Source of the DNA: Octopus vulgaris
Taxonomy: Eukaryota
DNA length: 64,000 nt
Direction: 5' to 3'
NCBI GenBank assembly: GCA_951406725.2
Contig: OX597822.1
Coordinates: 91,388,001 to 91,452,000, forward strand
Under the pieces are notes generated by a model, which was not told the origin of the DNA, did not search any database, and saw only the letters and a list, made by a program, of their open reading frames with translations. The position numbers and the translations under genes are program-made. Shown here one piece after another: positions 27,050 through 38,295 of the stretch (its first letter is position 1; each line of letters starts with the position of its first letter).

Positions 27050-27163
27050 CTTTTCTCGTTCAGAGAGATTTTTGAAACGAAGCGCTTCCAATTTCTGTTC
27101 TTGCTGTTTCAAGTTGTTCTCTTGAATAGAAGCTTCTCTTTGCTTGTTAATAGATCTTCTTTC
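27050..27163 (-). CDS. ANKZF1: ANKZF1 coding exon 13 (coiled coil)
   Basis: ttttcag|ERRSINKQREASIQENNLKQQEQKLEALRFKNLSEREK|gtaac; 114 nt, phase 0/0. Confidence 0.9.
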
Positions 27164-27331
27164 CTGAAAAATATTTCAATGTGGATCTTTCATTTTCAGC
27201 TAGCAGTATACAACAATAAAAATTTTAAGCAATAAGGAGCCTCCATGTGGTTGTTAGAGGTACTAGAAATAGCAGCTGAATTTTCTTCAAAATCAAACAT
27301 CCTACCATATCAAAATAAGAAAAGGATATAT

Positions 27332-27631
27332 TGTCATGAGTACCAGAACTGCCATTTCATGTGACTTTGGTCTATTGGATCTCCTCAGTGACTAATAATG
27401 CAGTATTTGGTGTTCTAACACATCATCCATTTTAAGTTAGATATAATGTTTACCTTTTGGCACCAAAACTGCTTCCACCACTAACAATTTTTAATAACCC
27501 TATTGGCTATTTGCAGCACAGAGTTTGAAAAAATGCTGACATTATATATATCATGGCAACTAGATTTGGCTGGCATGTAGAGGTCCAATAAACCAAAATC
27601 ACATAATATGAGAATTCTGGTACCCATGACA
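27332..27631. mobile_element. Small TIR element (TGTCA...TGACA), unclassified MITE
   Basis: About 55-bp imperfect TIRs: tgtcatgagtaccagaa..atgtgactttggtctattggatctc vs gaggtccaataaaccaaaatcacat..ttctggtacccatgaca; no clear TSD. Confidence 0.6.
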
Positions 27632-28529
27632 GACAAATTCCATCTGCTATAATCTTAGGTGTATGCTTTTATGCACCAAACATCTATGAGAGGGTCTCTC
27701 AAGGCTAACAATCAAATCTTAATGTTGTTTCAGTTGTTTGTATTTAAGATTAAGAAATTGTTTCACTTCTATACTTGCTTTAATTTAAACATAGTCAAAA
27801 TGCATGTGAAGTGTATTTTTTTCTTTTATTATCTATATATTTGTTACTTTACATTTCGTTTTTGGATTTGGTTTGCAAGATTCTTTATATGAGTTCGTGT
27901 GTTGAAGCATGTTCATAAGGCACTAAAAGAGAATGACTCTCCCCAGACACAACAGAATATGTTACTTTACAGTTTTATCTGAAACATACATTGTAATCAA
28001 GTAAATCAGATTAAAACGAAGGGAGACTAAAATGTATTTTAGCCACTAGTATAATGCATAATCTCCAGTAAATGTCAAGTGTTTGTTGCTAGAAGCTAAG
28101 AAGAGTAAGGAGAACGACCATAATGGTGAATAAAGCGAAAATGAATCAAATTTAACTTGAGGATGACTATAAGATTGGACAGTGAATATATGTCAAAACA
28201 AAATGTGAATGCAGATACAATAGTTATAAGAAAGAGAATTCCAAAAGTAAGAAAAATTAATTTCTTTTAATAAATGAATTCAGCTTTAATGATTCTTTCA
28301 ATGACCCCTGGGGGAATAAAACATGAAATGCTGAATAAACTTAGTTTCCTCTTTACCCAGTATTGTTGTACATTTTTAAATTATGGTTTGTCTGGGTTAT
28401 TTTTCATGGTACTTCTCTACAAGTTTGGCAATTTATGATTAGGACTTTGTTAAAGCTGTTTTTTTTTTTTATCTAGCTATAGCTTCAAACAAACTAAAAG
28501 AGTTTAAGTAAGAATATGATTGTTTTTAC

Positions 28530-28616
28530 TTTCAAACGCTGCTGTTTGACTTTCTTTTTCATTGAATCTTTCTGTTTCTTTTCAGCCTCTAGTGCAGGGG
28601 TCAATGGACTAGGAAT
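28530..28616 (-). CDS. ANKZF1: ANKZF1 coding exon 12
   Basis: tatttctag|IPSPLTPALEAEKKQKDSMKKKVKQQRLK|gtaaaa; 87 nt; corresponds to the family's VPGPLT segment. Confidence 0.9.
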
Positions 28617-29381
28617 CTAGAAATAAAAAGAAAAGAAGTTAAATGCAACACAAGAAAAAGTCATTACAAAAAAAAAACAAACAGAATTCTTAGTATGGTG
28701 ACATACTATCTTAAGACATTTACAGTAGCCAGTAAACAGCTGAATGATGCAGAAGTATTAGAATGCTAAAACAATTAGACACTAACCAAAACTTGGATTC
28801 TATTATGGACAATATTTCCTCCAGGTCAGGACTTGACAAAATGAAGAGGGTGCCACAGTAAAACATTCATCAAATAAAATCGATGAGGATAATAGAGTTG
28901 TATGAAGGATCTCTTTTTTTTTTTGGTTCATGAGAAATGACATCACTTTTGATAAGTACAATAATTAATGCAGGGTCCCTGTTTGGCTTCTCAGACAGTT
29001 GGTTGCATGTATATAATCTATTCTATATTATTACAGAACACCTAGCTATGGTGTTTTTATGTTTGTTATGTGATCACATAACTGTGAGGTAACTGGGTAG
29101 ACTGAACTTGGTTAACTATCAGTTTAGAAGATGTATATTCCTGAGTTGTTATTGTTGTACAACACACATCAACCTGACTGAGCAGAATTATGATTAAATA
29201 TATTCCAGCTCTGATCAGCTGGGCTTTTTGCATTTCAATGAATAAATTATCTAAGTTCATCCTTAAAACTTTCTCTTTCTTTCTCTGTTTCCCCAGATAG
29301 GATAATGGTAACATGTTTCTGGTTGGGAAAATCAGTTAAAGTAGAATAAATAATTTTCTGAGCAACAAAGGAAAGTAACTA

Positions 29382-29665
29382 TCATCCTCATCATCATCGT
29401 TTAACATCCGTTTTCCATGCTAACATGGGTTAGACGGTTCAACTGGGGTCTGGGGAGCCAGTAGGCTGCGCCAGGCCCAGTCTGATCTGGCAGTGTTTCT
29501 ACAGCTGGATGCCTTTCCTAATGCCAAACGTGAGTGTAGTGGGTGCTTTTTACATGCCACTGACACAGGTGCCAGACGAGGCTGGCAAACGGCCATGATT
29601 GGATGGTGGTTTCTACATGCCACCGGCACGGGGGCCAGATGAGGCTGGCAACGGCCACAATCATC
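29382..29665 (-). mobile_element. RTE LINE 3'UTR fragment
   Basis: Same sequence as 20040-20290. Confidence 0.8.
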
Positions 29666-29980
29666 CGAGCAGATATAAACTCATGAACATGTAATTCAGA
29701 ATTTTTGCCCATTGTCTATCTCAGCACTGACTCTCAGAATATGTGAATATTCATATCGATATATTCACACACACACACACATACATATATGGTGGACTTC
29801 TCTACACTTTCTCTTTATCATTTTCATTTCTAATTGGTCAACCTGAGGAAACAGCAGAGATACTGCTCTACAGTGCCACCCAGCAGAAATGAATCTGAAT
29901 CCATGTCATTGTCAAAAGAATATCTTAACCAAGTAACAATGCCTGAACATGTACATAATAATATAAATTACATATATATG

Positions 29981-30209
29981 TTTCTTTATTGCCCACAAGG
30001 GGCTAAACATAGAGGGGACAAACAAGGACAGACAAACGGATTAAGTCGATTACATTGATCCCAGTGCGTAACTGGTACTTAATTTATCGACCCCGAAAGG
30101 ATGAAAGGCAAAGTCGACCTCGGCGGAATTTGAACTCAGAACGCAACGACAGACGCAATACCGCTAAGCATTTCGCCCGGAGTGCTAACGTTTCTGCCAG
30201 CTCGCCGCC
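29981..30209 (-). mobile_element. SINE family A
   Basis: Highly similar to 9344-9576. Confidence 0.88.
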
Positions 30210-30799
30210 CTATATATACACTAGTAGGCCTCCTGGCCTTTAACTCGGTCTGTACGATGCTCAAATGTATTCATAAGGCACATACTGGCATCTATTTTAA
30301 TGCCCATTTTCCTTACAAAAAAAGTTGTTGAAAGGTATTTCAATATTCCATAATGTAATTTTTAACATTTATTTACAATATATCAAATTTCGCTTCACCA
30401 ATTGAAAATACGTTGACTTGTAATCATAACACATGTAAGAGAAGGGATGTTCCAATAGTAAATCAATGTGAAAGTGTTTTGCAGATAAGATGAATTTGTA
30501 GTAACTGGAAAATGTGTCTTAGCATAAACTGTGAATGGGGCATTTGACATAACATTAAAAATTGCTGTTGTGTTGTGGAGACCTTTTGGCCTCATAGACA
30601 TTTGTTTTCTGTATTTGGAAATATTGTTGCCAGTTTATCTGGATGGATATTTTTTTAGAGGCTGTCAGCAGATAAGGTCATGGTCATAAGATACACTGTT
30701 ATCAGCTGTCCAATGAATTCGATGCATGGAAAGAGAGGAAGAAACATATGAAAAAAGAATTTCTTCATGATTGCAGTGGGTGCTTTTCTATAAATTAAA

Positions 30800-31108
30800 A
30801 CAGCTGAGATATGGACGCAGTGACAAATGACTGAGACTTTTGACGATATACCGTGTTTGAGAAGACCTGTCAAGCCAAATGAGATCACAGTCATGGCCGA
30901 TGCTGGTGTTTTGTAACTGGCACCTGTGCCAGTGGAACATAAAAGGCACCCACTACACTCAAGAGTGGTTGGCATTAGGAAGGGCATCCAACTGTAGAAA
31001 TCTTGCCAAATCACACAGGAACTTGGTGCAGCTCCTCAGCTTACTATTTTTCAGTCAAACTGTCCAACCAATGCCAACAAGGAATGTGGACGTTAAATGA
31101 TGATGATA
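30800..31108 (+). mobile_element. RTE LINE 3'UTR fragment
   Basis: Ends ggacgttaaatgatgatgat; reverse complement of the 38296 family. Confidence 0.78.
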
Positions 31109-32746
31109 TAGGTACAGACACGCACTCATACACACAAGCATACACAGTCATATGCACATATGCAAACACATATACATATACACAACCATACCCACCCACT
31201 TTTCACTTCCTCTGACTGAAACACCAATTACTAACCTGCTTGTTAACTCAAACACATGCACACAAATACTACCATACACACACTCACTGGCCATTTTTGC
31301 ACTCTCCTCTCCTCAAAAAACCACTTTTTCTATTTCTGGCCACTTCAGCAATGTTACTACACATGTGTTGTAGGTAATTTCTTTTCTTTCTTTGAACTTT
31401 TCCCTTTCTCCTTTCTGGCAAAGAACTATGCTCAAAATGTCACTCTCTTTTTACTGAGCGTCAAGCTAACACATTCCATGTACACATCCTCTTGTTGTCC
31501 ATTCATTTTATTCAATTATTTGAATTGACTATTTACTGCATGCTCACACAGACCATGTGAGCATGGATTACCTGATTCATTGATTTCTTACCCTACACTT
31601 GGTTTAAGTTACCTTTAAATTCCTTCAGAGTTTGTTGTTTCTGCATCTTTGGTTATATGTACATACATACATACACACACATATATCTACTACATATGTG
31701 GGAAATTCTGTCTGTGGGTGTGTTTGTGGAGTTGTTAGCTAACTCCTCCTACATCGTTTTATTGATTTTGATGAAACCTGACACATGAGTAGAACTCATG
31801 TCTGGAAACCTCATGGCATACTCAGATTGTTGAAAAAAAAAATCGATAATAGGGCCCTGGAAGGAATCCTTATATATATCTAATATATTTTACATCAAAA
31901 ACCAAGGGAAATAACCCATTCGCTCTTGGAAGGGGTCCTTATATATAGTCAAGGGAAATAACCCATTCATTTTCCTAAATTATTTGGTAAAAATGAAATT
32001 GAGTATGCTTATTTCTTAGCATTTGAACTGTTAGAGTTATCTTTGCATTTTATCCAGGACAACCCTTAAACAAGTAAATTGCATTTTCCTAAACAATAGA
32101 TCCACTTATTTTGGCTAGTGACTTATTCACAAATATACCAACACTAGCACCCCTGAGGGTAATATTCTCTGGGAACACACAAAAGCCCTTTCCATAGTTA
32201 TTTACTTCGAATTATTATTATCTCATATCTGATTAGCCTGTTATTACGTAACATGCTTCACGATTTTAGTATACATACCTTGTTAGTATTTCCTCCTATG
32301 TTTTATATACTCTGGACATGCATTAAAGCCCTTTTCGGGGCTACTTTATTTTAATTCTTACTATCGGGTAACTAATTTCATGTTATTACATAACTGACTT
32401 CACAATTTGGGTATTCATAACTTATTGGGAATTCCTAAAAACAAGATCCTGTGTAAGACAGTTCAGTATTCTCTGTAAATGTACAAAAACTGTTTTAAGG
32501 GCTACATACTTTGTATTGTTGTTATTGGATTAGCAAAACAATTATGAAAACGGAACCAAAGGATAAGCCACGCTTTCCTGGGAATTACCGGGTATGTCAG
32601 CTAGTATATATATATATAGAAATATTAAAATTACTAAGTCTCTATAAAAGAGATTATGGCAGCGTTTACTGGAAATTAATTGCTATCTTGATGGCGGTGG
32701 CCTCATGGAGCTGGCCATGGCAGCGATTATTCTTATATCTATAAGA

Positions 32747-32785
<39 letters not shown>

Positions 32786-33592
32786 GCCCCAAAGTGCTAC
32801 AAAGCAGGACGGTGACCAGAAGCATGTGGATGGGAAACAAACTTCTTATCACACAGCCTCAGATGCACCTACATATATGTGTATATACTATATATATAGA
32901 GAGAATCAGGAAGAGAAAGGTAATATGTGTGCAATCTGTCTTTTAATCTGGAAGTATCCACTAACATAGGTCAGAGTTTTAACTACATATATATATATAT
33001 ATGTCTGATGTTTTGAGCCTATGCTCTTCAACAGAAAGGGTTGAGAGGAAAAATTGGAGAGAGAAAGTAAATTATACATATATAAAGGGAAACAGGTTTG
33101 TTAGAAGCTTACAGGCACATGAGGTCAGAGCTTGTCCTTGTCTGCATGGTATATAAACAAGTGAGAGTTAAATACTCCCAACCGAGCAGGATACCAGCCC
33201 ACTTGGGGTGGGGTGGGAAGGGGGCAGTAGGTACATGGGTAGGTAGATAGGTAGGTACAGATATACATCTATGTCATTGTGTATTTATGACAGCTTCCTT
33301 AACCCACTGTCATTGAATGAAGCTATCTTTACTTAAAAGAAGCAACAGAGGGTAGAAGGAAGTCTTTCATTGTCCATTCCCTTTTCTTAAAATATTCTTC
33401 AAGGATGTAGGCATACTGTTTGGATTACTGACCACAGGACTACAAGTTCAAATTTCACAACTTGCATCTCTTATAAGAAACATAACTCTGCTTGCTTCAT
33501 TGATGTTATTTGAATGACAAAATAGGTTCCAGCTGCAAAAACAATTGTTGTAGCAAAGCCCACCCTACCCATATTGAGGAGAAATGGGTATA

Positions 33593-33889
33593 TCTTTATA
33601 TATAAAACTGAAGTTGTGTGTGTGAGAGTCTGTCTCCTCCGATTTACATTCTTAACTACTCCCACATTTTGCGGTGCAGTTTAACCAAAAGCGGGTATCT
33701 TATAGTCGTGATTCATATCAAGCCCTTCTGGGTATTAGCGCGCGTCAACGATGATAAAAAAATTTACCATAATTTTTTCGCATCTTTAATGCATTTTTTG
33801 CTCGGTTTATATAAGGGAAGTAACTCTCTAAAAATGCTTATATAGTTATTTCCCTTACAAACCCGAGCAACGCCGGGCGATACTGCTAG
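33593..33889 (+). mobile_element. Non-autonomous Helitron
   Basis: A|TC start, subterminal hairpin cccgagcaacgccggg, CTAG|T end; second copy at 61355-61747. Confidence 0.85.
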
Positions 33890-34098
33890 TATATATATAA
33901 AAAAAAACATAAAGAGTTGTAATGATTAAGATATTTTCAACCATTCATGTGTACTGTTATGTTTTTACTCTGGGTTACTAAAAATTTGAATTTTAGAAAA
34001 ATTTTGCTTTAAAAGTAAAATATTCTATTTAATTAAAAGCTATTAATTTAAAATATGAATTACATTAATATAAAATATCAGTATTAAGAATCTCTCAC

Positions 34099-34207
34099 CT
34101 GAGCTTTACGATAACCATATTTGTCAGGAAATTTGGCCATGAATCTACGGAACTCATTCCTTGTTTCTTTGTCTGCCATGCAATAAGGAGGTATGCCTTT
34201 GCTGTTG
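34099..34207 (-). CDS. ANKZF1: ANKZF1 coding exon 11
   Basis: tttcaag|(C)NSKGIPPYCMADKETRNEFRRFMAKFPDKYGYRKAQ|gtgag; conserved TRNEFRRFM; alternative acceptor would start the exon at 34201. Confidence 0.92.
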
Positions 34208-34489
34208 CTTGAAACAGGGAAGTAGAAGATAAATAAGTCAACAGAATGAGACATTAAGATTTTATTTGAGTGTGGTAACAGAAATTTCATTCAATGAGTC
34301 TAGTTGTGGTCTGTATATTTACAAGAGCAATTCAGTAGAAAGCAAAATTTAGATATGTTGGTATTGTTTGTGGAGAAGTAACTAGCAACATTTAATGTGT
34401 AGTCCTTCACCAGAAATCTATAAATGGCCAGTCAGCTATATGAGATAGTTGTGTGAAATAGCAGAATGCAATAAATAGTGCACAATATG

Positions 34490-34644
34490 ATAATAACGTG
34501 AGCGTGACAATGTAACAATAAAGTGAGATGTCAGAAAGTGAAAATGATGTGAGGTATCAGAATGTGACAATGATGTCAGTTGTCAGAATCTGACAAGGAC
34601 ACAAGTTGTCAGATTGTGACAATATGTCAGAATGTAACAATGAT
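34490..34644. repeat. Degenerate minisatellite (gtcagaatgtgacaatgatgt..), left part
   Basis: About 26-bp units; the array continues at 36017-36175 after the LTR insertion. Confidence 0.75.
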
Positions 34645-36016
34645 TGATATATCCTTCATTATGATGACGTAACTTCATCGTCTGCATGACTGGCCCATAT
34701 GGCGTACCTTGCCAAGTGATAGTATTTTTATTATGGTGATCTTACATAGAATGGAACAATACAGGACAAACAAAAGACAAAAATGCTACATGAGTTCAAA
34801 TGATATAAATATTAAAAATTTACTTAAAATGTATTTTATATATCGTCTAAATTTTCTTTTAACTAGAATTTTATTTTAAAATATAATTAAATCAAAGAAA
34901 AACACGAACAAAAAGGTTAAGGGATCAAACCCGGCAGCCTTTAAAAGCCCAGCAACGCTCTTTTCTTTTCCTCAATGATTAAGCTGGGTTACTAACACCC
35001 ACCTTTCTCATCACATCCTTCCATCGTTTCTCGAATTCTCTCGGTGGCAGGGTCCTCCTCTCCAACCCCATCTTGCTCTTCAGATGGTATCCAGAGATGA
35101 AAGACCCTTTCACCGAACCTTCCATTCTTGTTCTCCAGACGCACTCTTTCAGTACTGCTGTCTCTCCACTATTTATCAGTAGTGGAACAGCCCACTTCTC
35201 ACTTGGAGGTGTCCGCCACAACACCTCCCCCTTTGAGATTTTTTCTTTCATACAACATTATTTTTTTTCATTTATTTTTCTTCCACACACAATTATTATT
35301 TTTTTCAACTCTGTATTACAACAAAATTTTTTCAATAGAATTTTTATTTCCTTCATATTTTATTTCTTTCACACAACAGAATTATTTTTCTCTTCAGAAT
35401 GCTACTGGTAGTCTACATTGTTTACTGGTAGCGCTACTAACACATAGTGACTTCACTAAAATCCTGCACATGGACTTATCATTATTAGTACTTTTTCTTC
35501 CACAGAGAATTATTTTTCTCTTCAGAAGTTACTGAATCTCTGTATGTAGTACCAGTCTACAAGTTACTGAGTCTCTTCAGGTAGTACTAGTCTACATTGT
35601 TTACCGGTAGTGCTACTAACACATAGCGACCTGATTTAACTCCTTCACACGAATTTATATTATTTTTCACTGTGAGCAGTTCAGTTTTGTGTTAGAGTTC
35701 CAGTTTTATCAGACATTTTTTCTTCAGAATCTTTTTTCAACAGAATTTATATATTTTTCATTGTATGTATATCATTCTTCACTGTGTGTAGTTCTTCCAT
35801 TTTGACACTCCTACGAGTGTTTGTAACCTTGTTACCACTGTTATAATGACACCATCACACAATGAGAGGTATCTTCATCGTCACTGATATGTCCCGCATT
35901 ATGATGTAACTTCATCATCTGCATGACTGGTCCATACGGCGTACCTCGCTGACTGACACTACTTGCTGTATCTGTCCATTATTCATTGGTTTCACTTGGG
36001 GGTGTCCACCACAACA
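34645..36016 (-). mobile_element. Non-coding TRIM-like LTR element
   Basis: TG..CA ends, 5-bp TSD atgat, LTRs 35885-36016 and 34645-35223, PPT aagggggagg (35224-35233), degenerate PBS tgacgatgaagat. Confidence 0.75.
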
Positions 36017-36175
36017 ATGATAAAGTTGTCAGAATGTGACAATGATGTAAGTTGTCAGAATGTGACATGTCAGAATATGACAATGATGTAAGTTGTCAGA
36101 ATGTGACAAGCATGTGACATGTCAGAATGTGACAATGATGTGAGGTGTCTGAATGGTAACAATGTGAAATATCAA
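36017..36175. repeat. Degenerate minisatellite, right part
   Basis: gttgtcagaatgtgacaatgatgtaa units. Confidence 0.75.
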
Positions 36176-36834
36176 AATATGGTAGTAGTTTATTAAGAAG
36201 ACAACAATATCTCAATGACAACATTAAAGATTTTAGGGAGTGGTAACCCAGGTGACATGGGGCGAATTTGTGTAGTGGAAAAGTTGCCATAGTTAATCAC
36301 AGCATACTATTAATACTTATTTTATAAATTTAGATGCATATAAAGCCAAGTTGACTTCATATTTGAACCCTGAAACTAGTGGAATAGAATTAAACAGTGT
36401 AAGGCTTTGTGTCCAGTAGTCTACTGTCCTGACCAACTCCAATTCCATCATGAAGCTGTATAAATAATCTGTGTGTGTGTACATGTGTGTGTGTGCATAT
36501 GTTCCTTATGCATTCCAAAACAGAGTTGCCGATTTTGACATATGGGGTATCAAAAGATTCAGCATTATTTCTGTTACCAACTAAATTTTATTTTCATTGA
36601 CATATTTGCATTTCAAAAATTTTAATTTATAATCTTTTCCGTAAGTCAACTATTGTAAACATTTCATATGTTGATGATGACGTTATATTTTCTATATGTG
36701 TGTGTGTACTTTAAAACATATCCATCATCACAACACACACCTTCACTCATTCACTCTCTCTCTCTTGCACACACACACATCCATCTTTCACTTCTCATTT
36801 CCTTCACTTTCTGCTCTCTTTTCTTTCAAACTCT

Positions 36835-36903
<69 letters not shown>

Positions 36904-36940
36904 ATGTATATATTCTTTTTCCTTTTCTTTTGGTCTTTTT

Positions 36941-37135
36941 CTTGTTTCAGCCATTTGACTGTGGCCATGCTGGAGTGCAGCCTTTAGTCAAGCAAATCAA
37001 CCCCATGACTTATACTTTGTAAGCCTAGTACTTATTCTATCAGTCCTTTTGCTGAGTCACTAAGTTATGGGGATGTAAACATACCAACATCGGTTGTCAA
37101 GCAATGCTGGGGGGGACAAACACAGACACACACAC
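36941..37135 (-). mobile_element. SINE family B, 3' half
   Basis: Reverse complement of 15170-15360. Confidence 0.8.
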
Positions 37136-37146
37136 ATTATATATAT

Positions 37147-37710
37147 GGTGGGGGGGGGGAGACAAAATAATGGAAACACCATAAATTTCAAACAAATTTA
37201 TTTTAATATGGGGTAGGACCATCTTTGGCAGTAATTACAGTTTTAATTCTACGAGGTATGGACTCATACAAAGTTTGAATTGTTTCCAAAAGAATTTTTG
37301 TCCATTCTTTAGCTAAAAGTCTCCAGTTCTTGTAGTGATGATGGTGGAGGATATCAGCTCCTTACTTGTTCTTCTAAAATGCACCATAAATGTTCAATAA
37401 TATTGAGATCTGGGGACTGTGGTGGCCAGATAAGATGTTCAACTTCACTAGAATGTTCCTTATGCCATTCAGTAACAACTTAAGCCGTGTGAATTGGTGC
37501 AATAACATCCTGAAAGATTGTGTTTCCCCCTGGAAACAGTTCCGCAACCATAGGATGAATTTGATCAGAAAAATGCTTAAATAATATTGACGATTAATTC
37601 TGCCATGAAAGGAAACCATTGGGCCGGTGGATTTTCAAGATATACCATCCCCTCCCAGGTTATCACAGATCCCCCTCCATGTTTAGTTATGATAGCAGCT
37701 GGTACTAATG
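37147..37710 (-). mobile_element. Tc1-family transposase relic (3' part and terminal repeat)
   Basis: KHGGGSVITW, SPDLNIIEHLW, YESIPRRIKTVITAKDGPTPY, followed by a ggtgtttccattattttgtc end. Confidence 0.85.
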
Positions 37711-37859
37711 ATAGTAAAGCTCCAGGTAGTGACCAAAATACTGTATTAGTTTCCATTACTTTTCCAATCAACAAGTTACTGAATCTCTGTATGTAGTGGG
37801 GAGGGGGTCATGGCCAGTCCTGTAACTTAATAGAACATGTGATTGTAGAATCAGCAGAA

Positions 37860-38224
37860 ATTGTGTATTCAATAATAACTGCATTAGAAAGGAAGTAGTG
37901 TATCAATGTATATTAAGTACACAATCAGATAATAAGGTATATGTTGGAGCAACACAGAATAATATGAAGCATAGACTCTATCACCATAGGTACACATTTA
38001 GAAACAACTACATATGGGAACTTAAGCATAAGGGAGTTGATTATAATTTATACTGGAAAATTTCAACAGCACCAGCGTATAGTACTAAAAATAGAAAATG
38101 TAAGTTATGCATAAACAAATTTTTCTTTATAATTAAAACCAAACTTCCATTTATAAACAGTCTTAAGGAACGAAACATTTCCTGTCTTCACAAAATTAGG
38201 CATACTTTTTCTAAATACCACTAG
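37860..38224 (+). mobile_element. Penelope-like GIY-YIG endonuclease fragment
   Basis: VVYQCILST..VYVGATQNNMKHRLYHHRYTF..IWELKHKGVDYNLYWKI..KCKLC. Confidence 0.8.
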
Positions 38225-38295
38225 TACTTGGTATTTATACCCCCACTGGCATAATAATCATTTGTATTATTATCTTATATTATATATATGCAGGT

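Noticed and set aside
34645-36016. A-B-A-B repeat order as DIRS/Ngaro split direct repeats
   Set aside because: TG..CA ends, 5-bp TSD, PPT and PBS fit an integrase-type LTR element better.
34490-36175. Regularly recurring ~26-bp motif as a CRISPR-like array
   Set aside because: Degenerate tandem minisatellite without unique spacers; eukaryotic context and no cas genes.
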